The notes beneath the pieces were generated by a model. That model was given only the letters and a program-made list of their open reading frames with translations, was not told where the DNA came from and did not search any database. From Mytilus trossulus (Eukaryota), in NCBI RefSeq assembly GCF_036588685.1, contig NC_086375.1, positions 83,266,001 to 83,330,000 on the forward strand: 64,000 nucleotides of DNA, written 5' to 3'. Of the stretch, positions 1 through 12,315 are shown in pieces. Each line of letters starts with the position of its first letter. Position 1 is the first letter of the stretch. Position numbers and translations under genes: made by a program.

Positions 1-152
1 TTTTTGTCTCAACAAAATTGACAAAATTCACTTTTGTCTCATCAAAATTAACAAAATTCAAAATGCATGGTTTGCTTGTTAATACAGGTAGTTTCTTTAA
101 TAATTTTTATATGACCGCAAAAATTGAAAAATTTTTGGTCGTATATTGGTAT

Positions 153-1521
153 TACGGGGCGCCGAATGGGACTCTTATGGTTTTGTACAAAATTCAATTT
201 TGTCATAACAAAATCATTTTTGTCTTACAAAACTATGTGCTACAAACTTGTTTTGTGAGAACTTCAATTTTGTGATGACAAAATTCATTTGTGTAGACAA
301 AATTCATTTTTGTCATTACAAAATTCATTTTTGTAGACAAAATTCATATTTGTCATGACAAAAGTCAATTTTGTCTAAAAGGTATGCAAATATAAACAAA
401 TTGACTTTTGTTACCTGATATGGAAATTAAATCACAAAAGTCAATTGTGTGAGGTAAGATTCAATTTTGTTAGACAAAATTAACTTTTGTGAGACAAAAT
501 TCAATTTTGTCAATTTTGTTGAGACAAAAGTGAATTTTGTTAATTTTGATGAGACAAAAGTGAATTTTGTCAATTTTGTTGAGACAAAAATCAATTTTGT
601 CAATTTTGTTGAGACAAAAGTCAATTTTGTTAATTTTGTTGAGACAAAAGTCAATTTTGTCAATTTTGTTGAGACAAAAATCAATTTTGTCAATTTTGTT
701 GAGACAAAAGTCAATTTTGTTAATTTTGTTGAGACAAAAGTCAATTTTGTCAATTTTGTTGAGACAAAAGTCAATTTTGTGACGACAAAATTCATTTTTG
801 TGACGACAAAATTCATTTTTGTGACGACAAAATTCAATTTTGTAACAACAAAATTGACTTTTATGAGACAAAATTGAGTTTCGTGAGACAAAATTGACTT
901 TCGTGAGACAAAAATCAATTTTGTTGAGACAAAATTCAATTTTGTCAATTTTTTTGAGTCAAAATTCAATTTTGTCAATTTTGTTGAGAAAAAAGTCAAT
1001 TTTGTCTCACATTGGTCAATTTTGTCTCACAAAAGTCAATTTTGTCAATTTTGTTGAGACAAAAGTCAATTTTGTCAATTTTGTTGAGACAAAAGTCAAT
1101 TTTGTGTCACAAAAGTCAATTTTGTGTCACAAAAGTCAATTTTGTGTAACAAAAGTCAATTTTGTGTCACAAAAGTCAATTTTGTGTCACAAAAGTCAAT
1201 TTTGTGTAACAAAAGTCGATTTTGTATGCAAATTAGTTCACAGAAACCAAACTTAACTAATTTGAATACAAAATTCACTTTTGTCGCCCAATTTTCAAAT
1301 TAGGTAACAAAATTCAATTCTGTGTAACAAAAATGAATTTTGTCATGACAAAAGTGACTTTTGTCCGTTGATAGATAATTTTGTATGACAAAATTTTAAA
1401 TTAGTAGTATGATACAAATTTTGTTAAACTGAACTCATTTTTGTTGAACAAAAGTCACTTTTGTCCGTACAAAATTGAATTTTGAGTACAAAACCACAAG
1501 AGTCCCATTCGGCGCCCCGTA
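153..1521. mobile_element. Non-autonomous TIR DNA transposon (TAC...GTA termini, IS3EU-like) filled with 10/20/30-bp tandem repeats
   Basis: TIR TACGGGGCGCCGAATGGGACTCTT from 153 matches AAGAGTCCCATTCGGCGCCCCGTA ending at 1521. 5-bp TSD GGTAT at 148-152 and 1522-1526. The empty site can be read from the 2251 copy (TTGCTATCACG). Bases 1-60 carry the same internal repeat in inverted orientation. Confidence 0.85.
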
Positions 1522-2250
1522 GGTATCACGTTGGCGTCATCGTCTGCGATGCGTCGTCGTCGTCCGAAGACTTTTAGTTTTCGCACTTAAACTTTAGTAT
1601 AAGTGAATAGAAATCTATAAAATTGAAACACAAGGTTTATGACTACAAAGGGAAGGTTGGGATTGATTTTGGCAGTTTGGTTCAAACAGTTTAGGAATTG
1701 GGAGCCAAAAAAGGGCCCAAATAAGCATAATTCTTGATTTTTGAACAATAACTTTAGAATAAATAAATTGAAATCAATTAAATTTAAACACAAGGTTTAT
1801 AAACACAAAAGAAAGGTTGGGATTGATTTTGGGAGTTGAGGTCCCAACAATAGTAATGAATTAGGGACCAAAAAGGGGCCCAAATAAGCAATTTTCTTGG
1901 TTTTCGCACCATATCTTTAGTATAAGTGAATAGAAATCTATGAAATTTAAACACAAGGTTTACGACCATAAAGGGAAGGTTGGGATTGATTTTGGGAGTT
2001 GTGGTCCCAACAGTTTAGGAATAAGGGGCCCAAAGAGTCCAAAAATGAACTTTTTGATTTCATCAAAAATTGAATAATTGGGGTTTTGATATGTCGAATC
2101 TCACTGTGTATGTAGATTCTTAATTTTTGGTCCCTTTTTCAAATTGGTCTACATTAAGGTCCAAAGGGTCCAAAATTAAACTTAGTTTGATTTTAACAAA
2201 AAATGAATTAATGGGGTTCTTTGATATGCTGAATCTGAACATGTACTTAG

Positions 2251-4176
2251 TTTTTATACGACCGCAAAAATTGAAAAAATTTTCGTCGTAGATTGCTATC
2301 ACGTTGGCGTCGTCGTTGGCGTCGTCGTCTGCGTCGTGGTTGTCTTCAAAATACCTTTAAGTTTTCGCACTCTTACTTTAGTAAAAACGAATAGAAATCT
2401 ATGAAATTTTAACACAAGGTTTATGACCACAGAAGGAAGGTTGGGATTGATTTTGGGAGTTTTGATCCCAACATTATAGGAATTAGGGGCCAAAACGGGC
2501 CCAAATAAGCATTTTCTTGGTTTTCGCACAATAACTTTAGTTTAAGTCAATAGAAATCTATGAAATGTTGACACATGGTTTATTACCACAAAAGGAAGGT
2601 TGTGATTGATTTTGGGAGTTTTGGTTCCAACTGTTTATGAATAAGGGGCCAAAAAGGGCCCAAATAAGCATTATTCTTGGTGTTTGCACAATAAATTTAG
2701 TTTAAGGTTATAGAAATCAATGAAATTTAAACACAAGGTTTATGACCACAAAAGGAAGGTTGATATAGATTTTGGGAGTTCAGGTCCCAACAGTTTAGGA
2801 ATTAGGGGCCAAAAAGGGGCCCTAATAAGCATTTTTCTTGGTTTTCGCACCATAACTTTAGTAAAAGTAAATAGAAATCTATGAAATTTGAACACAAGGT
2901 TTATGACCATTAAAGGAAGGTTGGTATTGATTTTGGTAGTTTTTGTCCCAACAGTTTAGGAAAAAGGGGCCCAAAGGGTCCAAAATTAAACTTTGTTTGA
3001 TTTTAACAAAAATTGAATCCATGAGGTTCTTTGATATGCTGAATCTAAAAATGTACTAAGATTTTTGATTATTAGCCCAGTTTTCAAGTTGGTCCAAATC
3101 GGGGTCCAAAATTAAACTTCATCAAAAATTGAATAAATGGGATTCTTTGATATACCAAATCTAACTGTGTATGTAGATTCTTAATTTTTGGTCCTGTTTT
3201 CAAATTGGTCTACATTAAAGTCCAAAGGGTAATATTAAACTTAGTTTGATTTTAACAAAAATTGAATTCTTGGGGTTCTTTGATATGCTGAAACCAACCA
3301 TGTACCTAGATTTTTGATTATGGGACCAGTTTCCAAGTTGGTCCAAATCAGGATTCAAAATTATTATATTAAGTATTTTGCAATAGCAAGAAATTTTCAA
3401 TTGCACAGTACTCAGCAATAACAAGAAATCTTCAATTGTACAGTATTGTGCAATAGCAAGAAATTTTAAATTGCACAATATCGCGCAATAGTAAGAAATA
3501 TTCAATTGCACAGTATTGTGCAATAGCAAGTATTTTCAATTGCACAGTATTGCGCAATAGCAAGAAATACCTAATTGCACAATATTGTGCAATAGCAAGA
3601 ATTTCAATTGGAGTTATCTTTCTTTGTCCAGAATAGTAGTTGAATCAACTTAAATCATTGTTTTATACAATATACAATGTATATTCACTTTAACTACCAA
3701 ATGATAAATTAAAACAATCTTTACCATTCAGTGATAACAAGCACTTTTTTTTACATTTTCATATTTTATGATGTATTTAAATGAGTAATTGTTGTTGCAA
3801 ACTCCATTATAAATTGGAATTGGGATCGGTTTTGGAATAAAGGAAATGGGGATGTAAAAAAAATGGGGTGGGGGGGTGGGGGGTTCTTCAATTTTTCTCA
3901 TTTGAAATTTTATAAATAAAAAGAAAAATTCTTCAACCATTTTTTTGAGAGGATTAATATTCAACCGCATAGTGAATTGCTCAAAGGCAAAACAAAAATT
4001 TGAAGTTCATTAGACCACATTTATTCTGTGTCAGAAACCTATGCTGTGTCAACTATTTAATCACAATCCAAATTTAGAGCTGAATCCAGCTTGAATGTTG
4101 TGTCCATACTTGCCCCAACCGTTCAGGGTTAAACATCTGCGGTCATATAAAGCTGCGCCCTGCGGAGCATCTGGTT
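2251..4176 (+). mobile_element. Complete HINE copy nested at a T-run inside a copy of its own family
   Basis: 5' subTIR TTTATACGACCGC and 3' subTIR GCGGTCATATAAA (4138-4150), followed by a short GC-rich hairpin. No TSD; T-runs on both flanks. Internal ~155-bp and ~35-bp (3375-3610) tandem repeats. Confidence 0.8.
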
Positions 4177-4423
4177 TTATTATGGGCTCAGTTTTCAAGT
4201 TGGTCTAAATCGGGGTCCAAAATTAAACTTTGTTTGATTTCAACAAAAATTCTTTAGATGGGGTTCTTCAATATGCTGAATCTAACCATGTATTTAGATT
4301 TTTAATATTTAGGACTGGTTATCAAATTGGTCCACATTGAGGTCTAAAGCGTCTAAAATTGAACTTTATTTGATTTCATCAAAAATTGAATTCTTGGGGT
4401 TCTTTGATATGATGAATCTAACC

Positions 4424-5096
4424 CACAGGCACTTGTCTCAATAAAAAATTTCCTATATACCTTAATATAACACAAGGTACTTAACTATTTTTTTTGAAAA
4501 ATGACACCCATTCCCGTTATTTTTTTTTATTTCTCGGTTGTCAAACCTACTTAATCTTAATATGCCGTAAATCTAAATTGATTTATCTACACAATGGTAT
4601 ATGACACGACTATCATTGTTGTCGGTATCATTGTAGCAGTCCTCAGAAGTCGGTCAACGGGATGTTTTTTTTGCATTCGTCTCAAACTTTGGCAACACTC
4701 AGCCCGCAGTGATTGATTTATTATAAAAAAAATATTAAAATAAATACTGTCAGCTTCCCTCTGACTATGAATCCGCGAAGCGGATTATATAAAATGTGAA
4801 GAGTCAAAAATTAGTTTTATGGTTCAATAAAATCAAAATAAATCATTGCCATTCATTATAAATAAATTTCTATCAAAAATAAGACTCAAAGAACTTTTTA
4901 TATTATTTATATTAACAATAACAAGCGTACACACATGTTGGCGTATGAATACTCAACGTCAGAGTGGGCGTGTCGCCATCAAAATTGACAACATTGAAAA
5001 TAAAACTAATAATTTTAACCAATCAGAAGACAGTAAAAACACCAAATTTATTTATTAAGGTATATAGGGAAAAAAAATTTGAGACAAGTGCCTGTG
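4424..5096. mobile_element. Non-autonomous DNA transposon with CACAGG... TIRs (CAC-terminal type)
   Basis: CACAGGCACTTGTCTCA...CCTATATACCTTAAT pairs with ATTAAGGTATATAGG...TGAGACAAGTGCCTGTG. No TSD seen. Related copies at 8557, 21096 and (inverted) ending at 24949. Confidence 0.75.
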
Positions 5097-7550
5097 ATTT
5101 CGGAGCACCTGAGATCACCCCTAGTTTATGATGGGGTTCGTATTGTTTATTCCGTAGTTTTCTATGTTGTGACATGTGTACTATTGTTTGTCTGTTTGTC
5201 TTTTTCATTTTAGTCAGTTTGTTTTCGATTTATGAGTTTGGTTATCCCTTTGGTATCTTTCGTCCCTCTTTCATGTCTCTACATGATATTGATACCTTGT
5301 CATTGCACAAGGTCATGTTTTTCTCTGACTGCCAATGGCGTCTTTACATTTTATTCATTGAATATATGAACTGATTGATATTCAAGTTGGAGATGCATGA
5401 TGTTTCTTTTACTAGTAGTTGCTATTTGATTTGAACCAGTTGCCATTTACTATGAGTTCTCTCTCAGATCTGTACTTAGTTTGAGAGGTTTTCGTTTTAT
5501 CATTTGTAATGATCTGATGAGTTGAGCCTTTTTCAACTGACGTTTATAGTTTGTTCTTATGTTTTACTGTTGTACACAACTGTTCCAGGTAAGGTGTAGG
5601 TTTGGCGCCATCAAACTAGTTGAACCTCTCTACAGTCATTTGTATGTGCCTGTACAAGTCGGGAGCCATATCATGTTTGTTTTTCGTTCATTATTTTTTA
5701 CATAAATCATGCCATTCGTTTTCTGCTATGAATTATTTTACATTTATCATTATATCTTATACACTATGCGAGATGAAAACATTCTCGGCCTGTAGTAATT
5801 GTGCTCTACAACTAATCTTTTCATGCTTTTTACTGGTTTCTTAACTACTGTTAAAGAACTTATTGTCATGTTTTGCAATAAAACATACGAAAAGGGTGGA
5901 TTTCATTATTTTGAAGTATTAAAAATTCTTCAGATTTTTTAGGAAAAAAAAAACGTTATTAGAAGACAGTTTTTGTTTTTCAACTCTTTACACTACGTTT
6001 ACACAAAAGCTTATCAAACAAAAGTTAAAACAATTAAATATTTTAAAACTCTGATTGCAGATTCATTTTGCTGCAAAAGCTAAAATTTAGTTAAACTTAC
6101 TGTGGGTAGGGTATGTGGTATGATGAAGGTTATACATTTTCTCCATGACAACACGGTTGTATATTTTGGCAAATACCAGTTTATCAGTAGGTTGTAGGAA
6201 TTTTATGGGGACTAGTTTCGCCTTTTTAGGATTGTATGGAACTATAAACGAAAAGGGTAGAATTTGTTCTTACTTTGCAAAAATGTAAAACAATTAGAAA
6301 ATGTTCAAAAATAAAAAAATTAAATGTGGTAAGATTGTCATTGAGATAACCTTTCACAAGAGACTAAATGACACAGAAATTAACATCTATAGGTGACCGT
6401 ACGGACTTCAAACTATGAATCGGTAAAACTAATATAATCTGCTATAAAAGGCCCCGAAATGACAAATTTATGTAAATCAATTCAAACTAGAAAACTAATG
6501 GTTACATAGGTTGTGAAAAAAGAATTAAAAGAGTGAAGACATATATGTACTTAGTTGTTTCTGTACTGTAAAGAATCACAGTTTATGGCAAGACTCGGAA
6601 CAGACCCGTCTAAATTCCATAAATTTAAACATTCCTCAAAATTAACCGATATCTTGGTAATAAGAATTCTCTAAATATACTACAAACATTTACCCGAGGG
6701 AACTTTGATACTTTATATAAATCGAATACATACAGTCCTGTTTTTAGGTTTATAATCAATTTAAGTTTTAAACGAAAATCAGGTGTACCATTTACGACAA
6801 AAAGAACGATTTTTCGCTCCCAATTGTTAATTTTCCCTTTCTCGGTTGGTGGTGTTCTTTTGGCACTGGCTCATGGTATAACAATGAAAGTATATCATAA
6901 ATACAAATATCTGGTTTGGAAGTTTGACAGTACCTGTAGAACACTAACTACGAATACTAGAATAGTCCATCCCAATTTTTAAGGTCATCATGTTGTTTTT
7001 TTGAGCCCATAAACTAACATGTACGATCAACGAAAGTATCTTTTAAATCTGGTGGGAACAGCCATTTTCAACCTATTCAATGAAAATTTGTTACAACACT
7101 GTCTCAGGTTAGGGGAGTGTTGGGCGGCCCGAAAACATTTTAAACCCCTTCACATGTGTGATGCTCCTAGCTGTTCCAAGTCAAAACCCTATAATTAAGC
7201 GACATGTGTTAATTGTTTTGTACATCAACCAGGCCGTTTTTATTGTTGAATTATTTTACATTTCCAATTTCGATGTCTCTTATATCTTAGTATGCGGTAC
7301 GGGTTTGCAGTACCGAGATCTCTATACAACTCAACAAAAACAGAAAAAAGTAGCTACACTTTATTTATTTCAAATGTATTTTCATTTAACTCTCGATCAT
7401 GAAAATTGAAAAAATGCAATGGTTTATGATTGTAGAATCTATCTGCATAAGAACTCATATAAATGTATTTTTTTCCAGCCTGGTAAAACGAGTTACTTTC
7501 ACCCTTGGAAATATTGTCCAAAGAAAACAGTTCAATCAATTGATTTCTAT

Positions 7551-8371
7551 TTAAAATGGTGGTGGTGGTGGTGGTGGCGGTGGCGGTGGTGGTGGAGGCG
7601 GCGGAGGATAAGTAGGAACTCCAAAAGAATCCATTGAACGTAAACCATAATTTGGTTGTGGTTCATACGGCTTTTGACCAGGTGGTGGTGGTGGTGGTGG
7701 TGGTGGCGGCGGCGGTGGCGGTGGAGGAGGAGCATGAGAAGGAACACCAATCGAATCCATTGAACGTAAACCATAATTTTGTTGTGGTTCATACGGCTTA
7801 TGACCAGGTGGTGGTGGTGGTGGCGGCGGTGGCGGTGGAGGAGGAGCATGAGGATGAACGCCAAACGAATTCATTGTACGTGAATCATAACCTGGTTGTG
7901 GTTCATACGGCTGCCTATTTAACATGCCATCTGCACTATCATATAGTGGCTCTTCATCTGCGTTAGGTACAGACTGTCTATTTAACATGCCGTCTGCACT
8001 ATCATATAGTGGCTCCTCGTTTGCGTTAGGTAAATGTATTGGTTGATATTCCTCGTATTCACCCTCGCCATGTGGCTGTGCTGGGTTATACTCCATTTCC
8101 TCACCCTCAGGTATCGGGAAAAATTCTATGTAGTCACCCTCAACAGGAGGCTGTGTAGGATGTAAATTCACGTATAAGTGCTCGGTTAGAGATCGTGTTG
8201 GGAGGAGGTATTTTTTGTCTTGATCCGCGATACGAGGCTGATCTGGGTTATCATCGTACTGATTGTCAAAAGAAGAATCGTCGAAGTATGAATCGCCATC
8301 AGGATCGTTTATATTAATTACTTCAGCCTTGAGTAATGGTTCTTTTTCTGCATCCTCCTGGGTCTTTACTC
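7551..8371 (-). CDS. Terminal coding exon of an acidic, Tyr-rich, polyproline-repeat protein
   Basis: The frame of ORF 7551..8171 stays open upstream to an acceptor (..TATTAAATAG| at 8373-8372, phase 1): VKTQEDAEKEPLLK...HLYVNLH... Contains 2x PNAxEEPLYDSADGMLNRQ, 3x YEPQxxY...polyP and ends in TAA. Composition is clearly coding-like against the AT-rich flanks. Confidence 0.75.
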
Positions 8372-8556
8372 CTATTTAATATATAAAATAGAGTTTTATG
8401 ATGGAAGACTATGTCAAAATATAAAAGTTCACGTCATGTTAAACATCAATTTAGGAGAAAAAAAAATACAAAATGTAATTATCAATATAACGATTGAATT
8501 TTTCTCAACAATAAAATATACTCTAACTACATATAGATGATAAACAACGTCAATAC

Positions 8557-8637
8557 CACAGGCACTTGTCTCAGAAAAAAATCCTATATATCTTATTATA
8601 ACACATAGCCAAAAAAAATCTGAGACAAGTACCTGTG
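8557..8637. mobile_element. 81-bp miniature derivative of the CACAGG-TIR family
   Basis: CACAGGCACTTGTCTCAGA...TCTGAGACAAGTACCTGTG. Confidence 0.7.
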
Positions 8638-8654
8638 GTTAGTACGCAGAATCT

Positions 8655-9155
8655 ATACTCCAACAGCTTCATGTATTACTTGTGAAGTTGATACGGAATG
8701 TTTATCAACAAGGTCTTTGTACTTTCCGATGAACCTTTTTAGAAAATGGACGAGACGTACTTTGACATATCCCTGGTTCATTAACACTGGTGACGTTTTA
8801 CAAAGTCTGCGTAGGAGCTGCAAGCTCTTGAATATCGAATAAATTGGGAAACGTCTGTCTATCCCATATGTAAGTGATGATGGTATATTGCTACTACTGT
8901 GGGGGGAATTGATAATTTGAAATTTCAGTACCAGAATCTATGACAAACGAGACGATTTTAGTTTGGAAGAATAATTTTAAAACTAAAATCGTCTCGTTTG
9001 TCATAGATTCTGGTACTAAAATTTCAAATTATCAATTTACCCCACATTTTAAAAAGTAATTCTTAATTTCCAAACTAAAATCGTTTCGTTTGTCGATATG
9101 GTACTGAAATGACTGTGTATGTCAAATTCGAGGCATAAGTCTTAAAATGAGGCGG
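8655..9155 (-). pseudogene. Degenerate C-terminal reverse transcriptase (RT) fragment, probably of a Penelope-like retroelement, with an internal fold-back
   Basis: Minus-strand translation gives ..IINSPHSSSNIPSSLTYG..SQFIRYSRACSSYADFVKR..; the YDKRDDF motif segment is present in both orientations at 8925-9110. Confidence 0.6.
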
Positions 9156-9337
9156 GCCACAAAATTACAAATGTAAACCAATTCAAACAGGAAAAATCAA
9201 CGTTCTAATCTATATACAAACAGAAAATTATTATTATTATTTACAGGCAGGTCGATCAGTAAGCCATCAACCAATCAATCAATCAATCATTTAAAAATGT
9301 TTTGGTGAACAGTTTGATTTCGCTATTGCATAAATAT

Positions 9338-9690
9338 TAAAATTGAGAAAGGAAATGGTGAATATGTCAAAGCGACAACAACCTGACCATAGGGCAGACA
9401 ACAGCCGAAGGGGTCTTCAATGTAGCGAGAATTCCCGCATCCGTAGGTGCCCTTCAGCTGGCCCCTAAAAAATATGTATACTTGTACAGTGATAATGGAC
9501 GTCATAGTAAACTCCGAATTATACACAAGAAAAAAAATTTAAAAATCATATAAGACTAACAAAGGCCAGAGGCTCCTGACATGGGACAGGCGGAAAATTG
9601 CGGCGGGGTTTATGAGATCTCAACCCTCCCCTACACATCTAGCCAATGTAGAAAATTAAACGCATAACAATACAAACATTAAAATTCAGT
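9338..9690 (+). repeat. Dispersed repeat family A (SINE-like)
   Basis: AAAATTGAGAA(T/A)GGAAATGG...TCTTCAATGTAGCGAGAA..TTCAGCTGGCCCCTAAA recurs at about 21835-22040 (-), 24005-24210 (+) and 60185-60335 (-). Confidence 0.7.
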
Positions 9691-10246
9691 TCATGACTGT
9701 ATCAAATCATTGGAAAATTATAAACAAAAGTTTTTACATTTATAACATAATGATTTAAGAGTAAGAACATATATATGTCAATCATATTGTAAGACACCAG
9801 CTGCAATTGAAATATACATCCTTTTTATGAATACTGGTATATAGCATCTGTTATGAATATTATTCATTAACATATGATACGCAATAGAAATAAAGGATAG
9901 CCAATGATAATAACAGTAAATTCCCTTGAATATGAGTATTTATATATATATATAAAGAGGAGTTACCTTTATTATGCTCAGAAGCAGATCATGGATGTGA
10001 AAAGGAGGGTTCCTATTTGACAACATTTGGACTGATGCTTGTAAAATATATATGCATTCATCATATAAATGTAGCTCCATAATTTTCACACAAAAGGCTA
10101 AGTTCACTGGCATTTCAAAAAATAATATTTGTTCTTATTCAATGGCAGTAATTTGGTCACTGGTGAAGAGTTGTCACATTGGCGATCAACCACATTTTCT
10201 TATTTTTTATATAAAGGCTAGACAATGTCAAACTCCTAACCCTTAC

Positions 10247-10382
10247 CCATAGACTCATCTCCTCTGTCCTTACCAAAGTCAAAAGGAAAGAGGTACCCAT
10301 TTGAAGTTCCTTCTATGTCATCAGCTTTTATCGCAGTTGCTATAGACGTCTGTAGAATTCGGGATATGAGCAAAATGAAAAG
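10247..10382 (-). CDS. Candidate coding exon: hydrophobic stretch followed by YLFPFDFGKDRGD (resembles the start of a NIDO domain)
   Basis: TTTCTTTCAG| acceptor and |GTAAGG donor, 136 nt, open frame LFILLISRILQTSIATAIKADDIEGTSNGYLFPFDFGKDRGDESM. Its phase-1 end is compatible with the exon starting at 8371. Confidence 0.4.
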
Positions 10383-10434
10383 CTGAAAGAAAATTACATT
10401 TATAATTTGAGGTTTTTTATAAATATAAAAAAAA

Positions 10435-10850
10435 AGATGTGGTTTTATTGCCAAAAAATGACACAAACTTTAACAACTATAGGTAACCGTACGGCCTTCA
10501 ACAATGAGCAAAGCCCATACTGCATAGTCAGCTATAAAAGGTCCCGATAAGACATTGTAAAACAATTCAAACGAGAAAACTAACGGCCTTATTTATGTAA
10601 AAAAAAAAATGAACGAAAAACGAATATGTAACACATAAACAAACGACAACCACTGAATTACAGGCTCCTGACTTGGGACAGGCACATACATAAATAATGT
10701 GGTGGGGTTAAACATGTTAGCGGGATCCCAACCCTCCCCTAACCTGGGACAGTGGTATAACAGTACAACATAAGAACGTACTATAAAAATCAGTTGAAAA
10801 AGGCTTAACTCATCAGATAGACAAAAAATACAAGTGGACGTGGCCGGGTA
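10435..10850 (+). repeat. Dispersed repeat family B (SINE-like)
   Basis: AAGATGTGGT..ATTGCC..AACAACTATAGGT.ACCGTACGGCCTTCAACAATGAGCAAAGCCCATAC recurs at about 6320-6500, 18625-19180, 48270-48360 and 59930-60185, and inverted at about 5440-5720 and 26870-27235. Confidence 0.75.
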
Positions 10851-12099
10851 AAACCCATTTTTCACAACTTTCAAACCTTGTTAAAATAGTTGTGCAATTG
10901 ACATCTGCACAGTGCAAGAAAAAAAAGTGATGAGAAAAGGGAAACAAACGTAGAAACTTTCCTAGTGTTCATCCTTTTGGGGGAAATTTTAAATGCACTA
11001 TAACTACAAGGGTCCTGGTCAAGGGATAGTCCGATATTACTCTAACGACCCCAGCTTGTCTAGCAAAACAGCCGTTGGACGTCAGAGTAATCTCGGACTA
11101 TGCAAGGGATTGTTTCACGACCTTGGCTACTGGCCATGCAGGTCTCGTAAGGTTGGTTTAATACACCAGATAATTTAGGTTGTACTTTGTAAGTACATCT
11201 GTTTCTCAAACCACGGCTCTCTTGGGGAAATATATAATATTCATAGATATGTTAATTTGTTAACTTACTGGTTCCAAGATATGATCTCTGTGTTTCGTCT
11301 CATTGAGACATCAGTTGGGAAAATAACCAGTATAGAAAAACATGGTAGTGCCTAAATTTTAATTCTCAGGAGGTCCAAAACTAGAGGTATTAAAAGGGTA
11401 CAGTTTTAGTATAAGTTTACTTACTCTTAGAAGTTCGTGGCATATAAATGTTGAAAATTAGCCGCACAGCCCTATATTTTGACCTTTGAAAAAAATAGTA
11501 TATAGTGCATATAAACTTTCCGTTCTATGATGTTCTTTTTCACGAAACTTCATAGTAAAAGTGTCACAGTTTTTGCCGCAAAGTGAGTTCCTATAACGAC
11601 TGTTTATGACAATGTTAAATAAAGAACAGAAAAACTAGATAACAATTTTGTGTAGCCTAATCAGGAATCCATAAAGGGCATCATTTTATAACAGTATTAT
11701 GCACAATATGATTGGAAAAAAGAAAAACAAGAATAAACAAACAGAAATGCACGGAATGGTTCCATTTTATTTTTGTTTTACGCTGTCTCTACTGTTTGAC
11801 AGGCCCAGCTTCATCCATGAGACCAGAAAGGCTGACTACTGTAGTCGCAATGTACAAAGATCGATTTCCTTTGAGCAGTAAGCAACGAAATAAATCAACT
11901 AGCCGGTTATTTTTTTTATTGTAGTCTCTTTTATACTATACAAGTCCTTGGAATAATTAAATGTGCATTTTTTAATTATTATTTTACATTCATTTGATCA
12001 ATAATGATATATAATGTACTTATGATTTTACCCTGAATATACTTAGATTAAAAGGGAATTTGTTGTTTGCATACCATTCAGTGGCAAACATTTCAGCTA

Positions 12100-12315
12100 C
12101 TGTGGATTCGTTATTATTCGTTGGATACCAATTTTCGTGGATTTCGTGATAATACGGGAAGCACGAATCTTAATGAACAACGGACAACGAATTACAAAAA
12201 AAGCAATAAGAATGTATGCAGACTTTGGCAGAACCAAGCAATCAAATATCCACGAAAATGCAAGATTACCACAATCTCCGAAAATTGGTACCCACGAAAA
12301 TAGATGAACCCACAG
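12100..12315. mobile_element. TA-TSD MITE (Tc1/mariner type), CTGTGGATTC family
   Basis: TA|CTGTGGATTC...GAACCCACAG|TA; homologous to the copies at 49003 and 63569. Confidence 0.8.

Larger units (their letters stand above)
104..4423 (+). mobile_element. Helentron-associated non-autonomous element (HINE/DINE-1-like), host copy, interrupted by nested insertions and truncated at its 3' end
   Basis: Starts TTTTTATATGACCGCAAAAATTG with a 5' hairpin. A (CGT)n microsatellite follows at about 1535-1565, then internal ~155-bp tandem repeats. The same head recurs at 2251. The sequence resumes after 1521 and after 4176. Confidence 0.7.

Noticed and set aside
427-1256. Repetitive ORFs (NFVETKVNFV, SILLRQK and similar)
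   Set aside because: They are open on both strands only because of stop-free 30-bp repeats inside a TIR element.
4424-4450. RAG/RSS-like transposon end (CACAG...)
   Set aside because: Only 5 of 7 heptamer bases match, there is no convincing nonamer or 5-bp TSD, and no RAG-like ORF is in the window.
7419-7966. Poly-His, poly-Val and poly-Trp ORFs
   Set aside because: Alternative frames and antisense readings of the (CCA/CCG)n polyproline exon.
9967-10037. Possible 71-nt exon (AG|...AAG|GTAACT, minus strand)
   Set aside because: Its open frame ends in phase 0, which is incompatible with the phase-1 exon at 8371; no recognisable homology.
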